Positions 35,342 to 47,368 of a stretch of 64,000 nt of DNA are shown here, piece after piece. The stretch is from Mobula hypostoma (lineage: Eukaryota), in NCBI RefSeq assembly GCF_963921235.1, contig NC_086101.1, positions 11,098,001-11,162,000 of the forward strand, in the 5' to 3' direction. A program made the position numbers and the translations under genes. Positions within the stretch are counted from its first letter, which is position 1. Each line of letters opens with the position of its first letter. Under the pieces are notes generated by a model that was not told the DNA's origin, searched no databases, and saw only the letters and a program-made list of their open reading frames with translations.

Positions 35342-36805
35342 GAAACATAGAAAATAGGTGCAGGAGTAGGCCATACGGCACTTCGAGCCTGCACCGCCAT
35401 TTATTATGATCATGGCTGATCATCCAACTCAGAAACCTGTACCTGCTTTCTCTCCATACCCCCTGATCCCTTTAGTCACAGGAGCCATATCTAACTCCCT
35501 CTTAAATATAGCCAATGAACTGGCCTCAACTGTTTCCTGTGGCAGAGGATTCCACAGATTCACCACTCTCTGTGTGAAGAAGTTTTTCCTAATCTCGGTT
35601 CTAAAAGGCTTCCCCTTTATCCTTAAACTGTGACCCCCTGTTCTGAACTTCCCCAACATCGGGAACAATCTTCCTACATCTATCCTGTCCAATCCCTTTA
35701 GAATTTTATATGTTTCAATAAGATCCCCACTCAGTCTTCTAAATTCCAGCGAGTATAAGCCTAGTCGATCCAATCTTTCATCATATGAAAGTCCTGCCAT
35801 CCCAGGAATCAATCTGGTGAACCTTCTTTGGCTAGAATGTCTTTCCTCTGATTAGGGGATCAAAACTGCACACAATACTCCAGGTGTGGTCTCACCAAGG
35901 CCTTGTTCAACTGCAGTAGTACCTCCCTGCTCCTGTACTCGAATCCTCTTGCTATGAATCCCAACATACCATTCGCCTTTCTCACCGCCTGCTGGACCTG
36001 CATGCCCACTTTCAATGACTGGTATACAATGACACCCAGGTCTCGTTGTACCTCCCCTTTTCCTAATTGGCCACTATTCAGATAATAATCTGTTTTCCTG
36101 TTCTTGCCACCAAAGTTGATAACCTCACATTTATCCACATTAAATTGCATCTGCCATGAATTTGCCCACTCACCTAACCTATCCAAGTCACCCTGCATCC
36201 TCTTAGCATCCTCCCCACAGCTAACACTGCCGCCCAGCTTCGTGTCATCCGCAAACTTGGAGATGCTGCATTTAATTCCCTCGTCCAAATCATTAATATA
36301 TATTGTAAACAACTGGGGTCCCAGCACTGAGCCTTGCGGTACTCCACTAGTCACTGCCTGCCATTCTGGAAAGGTCCCATTTATTCCCACTCTTCGCTTC
36401 CTGTCTGCCAACCAGTTCTCTATCCACATCAATACCATATGCCCAATACTGTGTGCTTTAAGTTTGTACACTAATCTCCTGTGTGAGACCTTGTCAAAAG
36501 CCTTTTGAAAATCCAAATATATCACATCCACTGGTTCTCCCCATCCACTCTACTAGTTACATCCTCAAAAAATTCTATAAGATTTGTCAGACATGATTTT
36601 CCTTTCACAAATCCATGCTGACATTGTCCGATGATTTCACCGCTTTCCAAATGTGCTGTTATCACATCTTTGATAACTGACTCTAGCATTTTCCCCACCA
36701 CTGATGTCAGGGTAACCGGTCTATAATTCCCTGGTTTCTCTCTCCCTCCTTTTTTTGAAAAGCGGGGTTACATTAGCCACCCTCCAATCCTCAGGAACTA
36801 ATCCA
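35342..36805 (-). mobile_element. CR1 3' fragment, same subfamily as 13165-17430
   Basis: ORFs 35860..36531 and 35429..35812 are highly similar to the RT half of 13241..16195, with a (tatgtttc)-type tail. Confidence 0.92.
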
Positions 36806-36899
36806 TGTTGTAGATATAATCATTGAAAAATAATTGTCAATGCTCTTTTGAATAGAGAATGTATTTTTAGCTGGCCTTTCTTGAAAAGAAAACAGATAG

Positions 36900-37610
36900 T
36901 TAGCTCAGTTTACCTTTCTTGGAATTAATCTCTTTCTTTCCCTTCCATCAATTTTTAAAACTCATAAGGCAAACAAACTAAATTTTTCAATTCTGGGTCA
37001 AACTTGAGATAAGCACACATGGATTTCACCTTCAGCTGAAACAAGATGATTTTTATCCTTGCTCTTGTTGCTTTTTCAGCAAGAAAAAGCTTGCTCACAC
37101 GTGGAAGAAGTTAAAAACTGCAGCAAAATGTTCATTGCTTTCCAATGGCAAGATACTCTTCTTCTACAGAAATCCAGAATTTATCCAGGGTCAGGTCATT
37201 AAAACTAATCCTGAGTGCAGCTCACAAAGTTCTTCCTCTTCTCTCAAAGTCAAGCTCTCAGGCTGAGCAGAAGATTCAGAGAAAGATTCCCTCAACCAGT
37301 CATACACTTGAGTTGAAAGGGAGCAAAAATACTGTTCAGTTTTGTTCTGCAGTTCTTCCAGGTGACTTTCATTTAGAGTCGAGACTTTCTGATATCCTTC
37401 CTCACTCTCAAGCCCAAACAACAATGGAAACTTTTCAAGATTTCCTTTTGCAACATGAATTTTCCAGAGATTCAGTATCCTTTTAAATCCAAGTATCTTG
37501 TCATTTGAAGTCAAAACGTTTTCTCCAGGAAATTCAGAAACTTGTTCAACTAGTTCATATGATGAAAATGTTTGTTAAGTAGGCTAGTTTCTGCATTAGG
37601 GTTTTGTTTC
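36900..37610 (-). pseudogene. hAT (Buster/Charlie-like) transposase C-terminal relic
   Basis: Minus-strand translation KLAYLTNIF..N*LN..NVLTSNDKILGFKRILNLW..LDKFWISVEEEY..TCEQAFS. Confidence 0.85.
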
Positions 37611-37636
37611 TCTTTGGCACGATGCCAAGTGTGATA

Positions 37637-39395
37637 GAAACATAGAAAACCTACAGCAGAATACAGGACCTTCACCCCACGATGCTGTGCCGAACATACT
37701 TACTTTAGAAATTACAAAGGGCTACCTGTAGCCCTCTATTTTCTTAAGCTCCATGTACTTATCCAGGAGTCTCTTAAAAGACCCTATCATATCAGCCTCC
37801 ACCACCGTTGCCGGCAGCCCATTCCTCACACTCACCACTCTCTGCGTTAAAAACTTACACCTGACATCTCCTCTGTACCTACTTCCAAGCACCTTAAACC
37901 TCTGCCCTCTTGTGTTAGCCATTTCAGCCTTGGGAAAAGCCTCTGACTATCTACATGATCAATGCCTCTCATCATCTTATACACCTCTATCAGGTCACCT
38001 GTCATCCTCTGTTGTTCCAAGGACAAAAGGCCAGGTTCACACAACCTATTAAGACCATAAAACAAAGGAGCAGAAGTCGGCCATTCGGCCCATCGAGTCT
38101 GCTCCGCCATTTTATCATGAGCTGATCCATTCTCCCATTTAGTCCCACTCCCCCACCTTCTCACCATAACCTTTGATGCTCTGGCTATCCAGAGACCTAT
38201 CAATCTCTGCCTTAAATACACACAATGGCTTGGCCTCCACTGCTGCCCGTGGCAAGAAATTCCATAGATTCACCACCCTCTGACTAAAAACATTTCTTTG
38301 CATTTCTGTTCTAAATGGGCGCCCTTCAATCCTTAAGTCATGCCCTCTCGTACTAGACTCCCCCATCATGAGAAACAACTTTGCCACATCCACTCTGTCC
38401 ATGCCTTTCAACATTCGAAATATTTCTATGAGGTCTCCCCTCATTCTTCTAAACTCCAAGGAATACAGTCCAAGAGCGGACAAACGTTCCTCATATGTTA
38501 ACCCTCTCATTCCCGGAATCATTCTAGTGACTCTTCTCTGTGCCCTCTCCAACGTCATCACATCCTTTCTTAAATAAGGAGACCAAAACTGCCCACAGTA
38601 CTCCAAGTGAGGTCTCACCAGTGCCTTATAGAGCCTCAACATCACATCCCTGCTCCTATACACTATTCCTCGAGAAATGAATGCCAACATTGCATTCGCC
38701 TTCTTCACTACTGACTCAACTTGGTGGTTAACTTTAAGGGTATCCTGTACGAGGACTCCCAAGTCCTGTTGCATCTCAGAACTTTGAATTATTTCCCCAT
38801 TTATATAATAGTCTGCCCGTTTATTTTTTATAATCTTTAGTAAATTTATATGCAAACTTGTGTTAAAACCAGCTGCTAACTTAGCCATTTCAATGTACAG
38901 AACATAGAACAGTACAGCAGAGTACAGGTCCTTCGGCCCACAATGTTGTGCCGACCCTTAAACGCTGCTTCCCATATAACCCCCCCACTTTAAGTTCCTC
39001 CATATACCTGTCTAGTAATCTCTTAAATTTCACTAGTGTATCTGCCTCCACCACTGACTCAGACAGTGCATTCCACGCACCAACCACTCTCTGAGTAAAA
39101 AACCTTCCTCTAATATCCCGCTTGAACTTCCCACCCCTTACCTTAAAGCCATGTCCTCTTGTATTGGGCAGTGGTACCCTGGGGAAGTGGCACTGGCTGT
39201 CCACTCTATCTATTCCTCTTAATATCTTGATTACCTCTATCATGTCTCTTGTCACCCTGCTTCTCTCCAAAGAGTAAAGCCTTAGCTCCCTTAATGCATA
39301 CTCTCTAAACCGGGCAGCATCCTGGTAAATCTCCTCTGTACCCTTTCCAATGCTTCCACATCCTTCCTATAGTGAGGTGACCAGAACTGGAATGT
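37637..39395 (-). mobile_element. Three stacked CR1 3' fragments from different subfamilies
   Basis: ORFs 37722..38221, 38139..38888 and 38890..39270, each with a CR1 C-terminus and its own tail. Confidence 0.85.
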
Positions 39396-40830
39396 AATTG
39401 TTTAAAAAGGGTTCTAGAGTAAACCTAGCCATTATCGGCCTGTGAGTTTGACATCAGTGGTGGGTAAATTGATGGAAAGTATTCTTAGACATGGTATATA
39501 TAATTGTCTGGATAGACAGGGTCTGATTAGGAACAGTCAACATGGATTTGTGCGTGGAAGGTCATGTTTGACAAATCTTATTGAATTCTTTGAAGAGGTT
39601 ACTAGGAATGTTGACAAGAGTAAAGCGGTGGACGTTGTCTATATGGACTTCAGTAAGGCCTTTGACATGGTCTCACATGGAAGGTTAGTTAGGAAGCTAC
39701 AATCGTTATGTATTAATATTGAAGTAGTAAAATGGATTCAGCAGTGGCTGGATGGGTGACGCCAGAGAGTGGTGGTGGATAACTGTTTGTCAGATTGGAG
39801 GCCGGTGACTGGTAGTGTGCCTCAGGGATCTGTACTGGCCCAATGTTATTTGTCATATACACTAATGATCTCGATGATGGGGTGGTAAATTGGATGAGTA
39901 AGTATGCAGATGATACTAAGATAGGTGGAGTTGTGGATAATGAAGTAGGTTTTCAAAGCTTGCAGAGAGATTTAGGCCAGTTAGAAGAGTAGGCTGAAAG
40001 ATGGCAGATGAGTTTAATGCTCATAAATGTGAGGTGCTACACTTTGGTAGGACTAATCAAAATAGGACATACATGGTAAATGGTAGAGCATTGAAGAATG
40101 CAGTAGAACAGAGGTATCTAGGAATAATGGTGCATAGTTCCCTGAAGGTGGAATCTCCTGTGGATAGGTTAGTGAAGAAAGCTTTTGGTATGCTGGCCCT
40201 TATAAATCAGAGCATTGAGTATAGGAGTTGGGATGTAATGTTTAAATTATACAAGACATTGGTGAGGCCAAATTCGGAGTATTGTGTACAGTTTTGGTCA
40301 CCAAATTATAGGAAAGATGTCAACAAAATAGAGAGAGTACAGAGAAGGTTTACTAGAATGTTACCTGGGATTCATCACCTAAGTTACAGAGAAAGGTCGA
40401 ACAAGTTAGTTCTTTATTCTTTGGAACGTAGAAGGTTGAGGGGGGACTTGATAGAGGTATTTAAAATTATGAGAGGGATAGATAGAGTTGACATGGATAG
40501 GCTTTTTTCCATTGAGAGTGGGGGAGATTCAAACAAAAGGACATGAGTTGAGAGTTAGGGGGCAAAAGTTTAGGGGTAACATGAGGAGGAACTTCTTTAC
40601 TCAGAGAGTGGTAGCTGTGTGGACGAGCTTCCAGCAGAAGTGGTTGAGACAGGTTCAATGTTGTCGTTTAAAGTTAACTTGGACAGCTGAATGGACAGGA
40701 AAGGAATGGAGGGTTATGGGCTCAGTGTAGATCGGTGGGACTAGGTGAGAGTAAGAGTTCAGCACGGACTAGAAGGGCCGAGATGGCCTGTTTCTGTGCT
40801 GTAATTGTAATATGATTATATGGTTATATG
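39395..40830 (+). mobile_element. CR1 RT 3' fragment (copy a), left flank of IgV exon 1
   Basis: ORFs 39442..39759 (YMDFSKAFD) and 40001..40546, with an (atatggtt)-type tail near 40810-40830. Confidence 0.9.
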
Positions 40831-43800
40831 GTAATCAAAATCGTAATACTTTTTGAGACTTTTTTCATTTGAGTTCACAGTCCTGGTTGTGTTGTAGTTG
40901 ATCTGTATATTGGCTAACAGGTTCCTGATCAATGTTCAATATGGGTTCCTTGTCTCTCAATTATTTCTCTCCAGGTGATTTTATCCTACTTGTACCCGAA
41001 GAGCCTTTTGTAGCAATTGCAGGTGAAGATGTTGTACTGGAATGTGAGCTGCTCCCACCAACCTCTGCCAGCAACATGACAGTGCAGTGGCTGAAATCAG
41101 GTCTCAGTTCACCCATCCACATGTACAGACAGGGACAAGATGATCCCCTCGCCCAACACCAGGATTACAGAGGAAGGACAGAACTGTTTAAAGATGAAAT
41201 TACCGAAGGAAACATTTCCCTCAGATTAAAGAACGTAAGGCCAGACGATGAAGGGCGATATACATGTTCAGTTAAAGACAGAATTGACTTCAAACAAGCT
41301 ACAGTTGAACTGCGTGTTCACAGTGAGTATTATTGCCATTTGTACCAAGGTATAGTGGGAAGCTTTTGTTTTGCATGCCATCCAGATAGATCATCTCATA
41401 CACAAGTATATTGAGGTAGTAAAAATAAAACAATGTGGAATATAGTGCTGTTGTTGCAGAGAAATTACAGTGCAAGTAATTACACAATTAGACAATATGG
41501 TGTGAGGGCTGCATTGAGTTAGACTGGGGCTACAAGTGTTCATATCTCAGTGTGTGAGATGTCCATTCAGGAGTTTGATAACCATGGCATAGAAACTGTC
41601 CTCTAGTCTGGTGGTTTGTGCTCTCGGGGCTTAGTATCTTCTGCTCAATGGGAGAGGAGAAAAGAGAGAATGACAAGGGTGGGTGGGGTCGGTGATTATA
41701 TCGGCTGCTTTCCCAACCTAGTGGGAAGTGTAGACAGAATCAGTGGAAGAGTCTGGTTTGCATGAAGGATCAGGCTTTGTTCACAACTCTTCAGTTTCTT
41801 CTCAAATCTTAGTCACAGAGTCATAGAAAAGTCCAACACAGAAACAGGCCCTCTGTCCCATGTAGTCAATGCTGGATCATTTGAATTGCCTACCCCCATC
41901 GACTTGCACTGGGACCATGGCCGTCCACCCCCCTGCCAACCATGTACAGTACCTAACCAAACTTCTCTTCAACATTGAAATCGACCTTGCATGCTCTGCT
42001 TGTGTTGGCAGCTTATTCCATACTCTCAGGAACCTCCGAGTGAAGAAGTTTTCCCTCAGAAGCTCACTAAACTTTTCACCTTTCACCCTTAACTCATGAA
42101 CTCTGGTTGTAGTCTCACCCAACCTCAATGGAAAAAGACTGCTTGCATTTACCCTATTTATATCCCTCATTATATTGTATACAGCTGTCAAATCTTCTGT
42201 CAGTCCTCTGCGTTCCAAGGAAAGAAGTCCTAACCTATTCAATCTTTCCGCAACTCAGATCCTCCAGACCTGATAACATTTTTGTAAAGTTTCTCTGTAC
42301 TCTTTCAAACTTATTTACATCTTTCCTGTAGCTGGGTGACCAAAACTGTACGCAATACTCCAAATAATACAACTTCAACATCGCAACCCATCTCCTGTAA
42401 TCAAAACTTTCATATATGAAACATCTTCAAGCCAAGAAAAGTCAAGTTACTTTTATTGTTATTTCGAACATAACGGCTGGTACAGTACACAGTAAAAACG
42501 AGACAATGTTTTTCAGGGCCATGGTGCTACATGGAACAATACAAAACTACACTGAACTATGTAAAACTACGCAAAAACTACACTAGACTGCAGACCTACC
42601 CAGGACTGCATGAAGTGCACAAAACAGTGCAGGCATTACAATAAATAATAACAAACAAGACAATAGCACAGTAGAGGGCAGAAGGTTGGTGTCGGTCCAG
42701 GCTCTGGGTATTGAGGAGTCTGACGGCTTGGGGGAAGAAACTATTACACAGTCTGGTCGTGAGAGCCCGAATGCTTCGGTGCCTTTTGCCAGATGGCAGG
42801 AAGGAGAAGAGTTTGTATGAGGGGTGCGTGGGGTCCTTCATAATGCTGTTTATCTTGTGCCCTCCCTCCTACACCAACTCCTTAGCCAAATGTTAAAGGG
42901 TGTAATCTTCCTTTTTTTGTCCTCAATAACATTTGGCATGGGTAGCAATCCTGAGATCATAACCCTGGATGTCCTGCCCTTTAACTTGGCACCTAACTCC
43001 CTGAACTCACTTTGCAGAACAGCATCACTCTTCCTACCTATGCCATTGGTGCCTACATTGACCACATCCTCTGGCTGTTGACCATCCAACTTTGGAATGC
43101 TGAGGACTCGATCCAAGATGTCCAGGAGCTTGGCACCTGGGACGCAACATAACATCCAGGAATCTTGTTTTCATCCGCAGAACCTCTTTTCCGTTCTCCT
43201 AGGTAAACAAATAGACAATAGGTGCAGGAGTAGGCCATTCTGCCTTTCGAGCCAGCACCGCCATTCACTGTGATCATGGCTGATCATTTACAATCAGTAC
43301 CCCGTTCCTGCCTTCTCCCCATATCCCCTCACTCCGCTATCATTAAGAGCTCTATCTAACTCTTTCTTGAAAGCATCCAGAGAACTGGCGTCCACTGCCT
43401 TCTGAGGCAGAGCATTCCACAGATCCACAACTCTCTGGGTGAAAAAGTATTTCCTCAACTCCGTTCAAAATGGCCTAGCCCTTGTACTCAAATTGTGGCC
43501 TCTGGTTCTGGACTCCCTCAACATCGGGAACATGTTTCCTGCCTCTAGCATGTCCAATCCCATAATAATCTTATATGTTTCATCAGATTCCCTCTCATCC
43601 TTCTAAATTCCAATGTATACAAGCCCAATTGCTCCAATCTTTCAACATATGACAGTCCCGCCATCCGGGGAATTAACCTTGTGAACCTCTGCTGCACTCT
43701 CTCAGTATCAAGAATGTCCTTCCTCAAATTTGGAGACCAAAATTGTAAACAATACTCCAGCACGAGGACATCTGCAGATGCTGGAATTTCAAGCAACACA

Positions 43801-46193
43801 CATAAAAGTTGCTGGTGAACGCAGCAGGCCGGGCAGCATCTCTAAGAAGTGGTACAGTCGACATTTCGGGCCGAGACCCTTCGTCAGTCCTGACGGTACC
43901 CCACTAGTCACTGCCTGCCATTCTGAAAGGGACCCGTTAATCCCAACTCTTTGTTTCCTGTCTGCCAATCAATTTTCTATCCATGTCAGTACCCTACCCC
44001 CAATACCATGTGCTCTAATTTTGACCATTAATCTCCTATGTGAGACCTTATCAAAGGCTTTCTGAAAGTCCAGGTACACTTCATCCACTGACTCTCCCCT
44101 GTCCATTTTCATAGTTACATCCTCAAAAAATTCCAGAAGATTAGTCAAGCACGATTTCCCCCTTCGTAAATCCATGCTGACTCGGACCAATCCTGTTACT
44201 ACTATCCAAATGTGCTGCTATTTCATCCTTTATAATTGACTCCAGCGTCTTCCCCACCACTGATGTCAGGCTAACTGGTCTATAATTCCCTGTTTTCTCT
44301 CTCCCTCCTTTCTTAAAAAGTGGGATAGCATTAGCTACCCTTCAGTCCTCAGCAACCGATCCTGAATCTATAGAACATTAGAAAATAATTACCAATGCAT
44401 CCACGATTTCTAGAGCCACCTCCTTAAGTACCCTGGGGTGCAGACCTTCAGGCCCTGGGGATTTATCAGCCTTCAGTCCCATCAGTCTATCCGAAACCAT
44501 TTTCTGTCTACTGTGAATCTCCTTCAGTTCCTCCATTACCTTAGGTCCTCCGGCCACTATTACATCTGGGAGATTGTTTGTGTCTTCCCTAGTGAAGCCA
44601 GATCCAAAGTACCTGTTCAACTTGTCTGCCATTTCCTTGTTCCCCGTAATAAATTCACCCGTTTCTGTCTTCAAGGGCCCAACTTTGGTCTTAACTAATA
44701 TTTTCCTCTTCAGACTCCTAAAGAAGTTTTAACTAACCTCCTTTATATTCTTGGCTAGCTTGCCTTCGTATCTCATCTTTTCTCCAGGTATTGCCTTTTT
44801 AGTTATCCTCTGTTGCTCTTTAAAAGTTTTCCAATCCTCTGGCTTCCCGCTCATCTTTGCTATGTTATACTTTTTCTCTTCTATTTTTATACTATCCTTG
44901 ACTTCCCTTGTCAGCCACGGTCGCCCCTTACTCCCCTTAGAACCTTTCTTCCTCTTTGGAATGAAGTGATCCTGCAGCTTTGTATTATTCCCAGAAATAC
45001 CTGCAATTGTTGTTCCACTGTCATCCCTGCTAGGGTATTTTTCCAGTCAACTTTGGCCAGTCCTCCCTCATGACTCCATAGTCCCCATTGTTCAACTGTA
45101 ATACTGACACTTCCGATCTTCCCTTTTCCCTCTCAAATTGTAGTTTAAAACTTATCATATTATGGTCACTACCTCCTAATGGCTCCTTTACCTCGAGTTC
45201 CCTTATCAAATCTGGTTCATTACACAACGCTAAATCCAGAATTGCCTTCTCCCTGGTAGGCTCCAGTACAAGCTGCTCTAAGAATCCATCTCGGAGGCAC
45301 TCCACAAACTCCTTTTCTTGGGGTCCAGTACCAACCTGATTTTCCCAGTCTTCCTGCATGTTAAAATCTCCCATAACAACTGTAGCATTACCTTTGTGAC
45401 ATGCCAATTTTAACTCTTGATTCAACTTGCACCCTATATCCAGGCTACTGTTTGGTGGCCTGTAGATAACTCCCATTAGGGTCTTTTTGCCCATACAATT
45501 TCTCAGTTCTATCCATACTGACTCTACATCTCCTGATTCTATGTCCCCCCTCGCAAGGGACTGAATTTCAATCCTCACTAACAGAGCCACCCCACACCCT
45601 CTGCCCACCTGTCTGTCCTTTCGATAGGACGTATATTCTTGAATATTCATTTCCCAGCCCTGGTCCTCTTGCAGCCATGTCTCTGTTATTCCCACAACAT
45701 CATACTTGCCAATTTCCAACTGAGCCTCAAGCTCATCCACTTTATTTCTTATACTTCGCGCATTAATATATAATACTTTTAATCCTTTACTCCCTCACCT
45801 TTCACATCGATTCCTATTGCAATTGGCCATTCTCTCCGATCCCTTCCTGAGCTTTCTGCCCCGTTAATTCTGTTGTCTTTCTTAACTTTCCTTATTCTCT
45901 CTTTCCCTTTAACTCCATCCTTATATTTCCTCTCCTCCCCCCGACTACTAAGTTTAAACACACCCGTGCAGCAGTGGAAAACCTACCTGCCAGAATGCTG
46001 GTCCCCCGCCTGTTAAGGTGCAACCCGTCCCTTTTGTACAATTCATCCTTGCCCCAAAACAGATCCCAGTGGTCTAAGAATCTAAATCCCTGCTTCCCGC
46101 ACCAGCTCCTCAGCCACACATTCGGATCCCTTATCTCCCTGTTCCTGTCCTCAACAGCACAAGGAACTGGAAGCAAACCGGACATAACCGGTT
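40149..46193 (+). repeat. Tandem duplication unit 1 (6045 bp)
   Basis: Collinear with 46194-53395: CR1(+), IgV exon, Rex1 and CR1 fragments, CR1(-) with a Penelope filler, and the junction ggacataaccggtttggaatc. Confidence 0.93.
40975..41322 (+). CDS. Butyrophilin/B7-family IgV exon 1
   Basis: Acceptor ttatttctctccAG and donor A/GTGAGT, 348 nt, phase 1-1. It has the V-set hallmarks VLEC, VQW, YRGRTELFKD, ISLRLKNV and DEGRYTC. The specific family member cannot be named from one domain. Confidence 0.92.
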
Positions 46194-47020
46194 TGGAATC
46201 TCATGTGGATAGGGTGGTGAAGAAAGCTTTTGGTATGCTAGCCTTTATAAATCAGAGCATTGAGTATAGGAGTTGGGATGTAATGTTGGAATTGTACAAG
46301 GCATTGCTGAGGCCAAATTTAGTGTATTGTGTACAGTTTTGGTCACCAAATTATAGGAAAGATGTCAACAAAATAGAGAGAGTACAGAGAAGATTTACTA
46401 GAATGTTACCTGGGTTTCATCACCTAAGTTACAGAGAAAGGTTGAACAAGTTGGGTCTTTATTCTTTGGAATATAGAAGGTTGAGGGGGGACTTGATAGA
46501 GGTATTTAAAATTATGAGGAGGATAGATAGAGTTGGCGTGGATAGGCTTTTTCCATTGAGAGTGGGGGAGATTCAAACAAAAGGACATGAGTTGACAGTT
46601 AGGGGGCAAAAGTTTAGGGGTAACATGAGGAGGAACTTCTTTACTCAGCGAGAGGTAGCTGTGTGGAACGAGCTTCCAGCAGAAGTGGTTGAGGCAGGTT
46701 CGATGTTGTTGTTTAAAGTTAAATTGGACAGCTGTATGGACAGGAAAGAAATGGAGGGTTATGGGCTGAGTGCAGGTAGGTGGGGACTAGGTGAGAGTAA
46801 GAGTTCGGTATGGACTAGAAGGGCCGAGATGGCCTGTTTCCGTGCAGTAATTGTTGTATGATTACATGGTTATATGGTAATCAAAATCGTAATACTTTTT
46901 GAGACTTTTTTCATTTGAGTTCACAGTCCTGGTTGTGTTGTAGTTGATTTGCATATTGGCTAACAGGTTCCTGATCAATGTTCAATATGGGTTCCTTGTT
47001 TCTCAATTATTTCTCTCCAG

Positions 47021-47368
47021 GTGATTTTATCCTACTTGTACCCGAAGAGCCTTTTGTAGCAATTGCAGGTGGAGATGTTGTACTGGAATGTGAGCTGTTC
47101 CCACCAACCTCTGCCAGCAACATGACAGTGCAGTGGCTGAAATCAGGTCTCAGCTCACCCATCCACGTGTACAGACATGGGCAAGATGATCCCCTCGCCC
47201 AACACCAGGATTACAGAGGAAGGGCAGACCTGTTTAAAGATGAAATTACCGAAGGAATCATTTCCCTCAGATTAAAGAACGTAAGGCCAGATGATGAAGG
47301 GCAATATACATGTTCAGTTGAAGACAGAACTGACTTCAAACAATCTACAGTTGAACTGCATGTTCTCA
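47021..47368 (+). CDS. Butyrophilin/B7-family IgV exon 2 (duplicate)
   Basis: Same acceptor and donor, 348 nt, open frame, both Cys and the Trp retained. It has 16 nucleotide differences from exon 1. Confidence 0.9.

Noticed and set aside
40932-40974. ATG-initiated N-terminus MFNMGSLSLNYFSP as the real start of the IgV ORF (also 46978-47020)
   Set aside because: This is the polypyrimidine tract and acceptor read in frame, and it is not signal-peptide-like. A spliced leader fits better.
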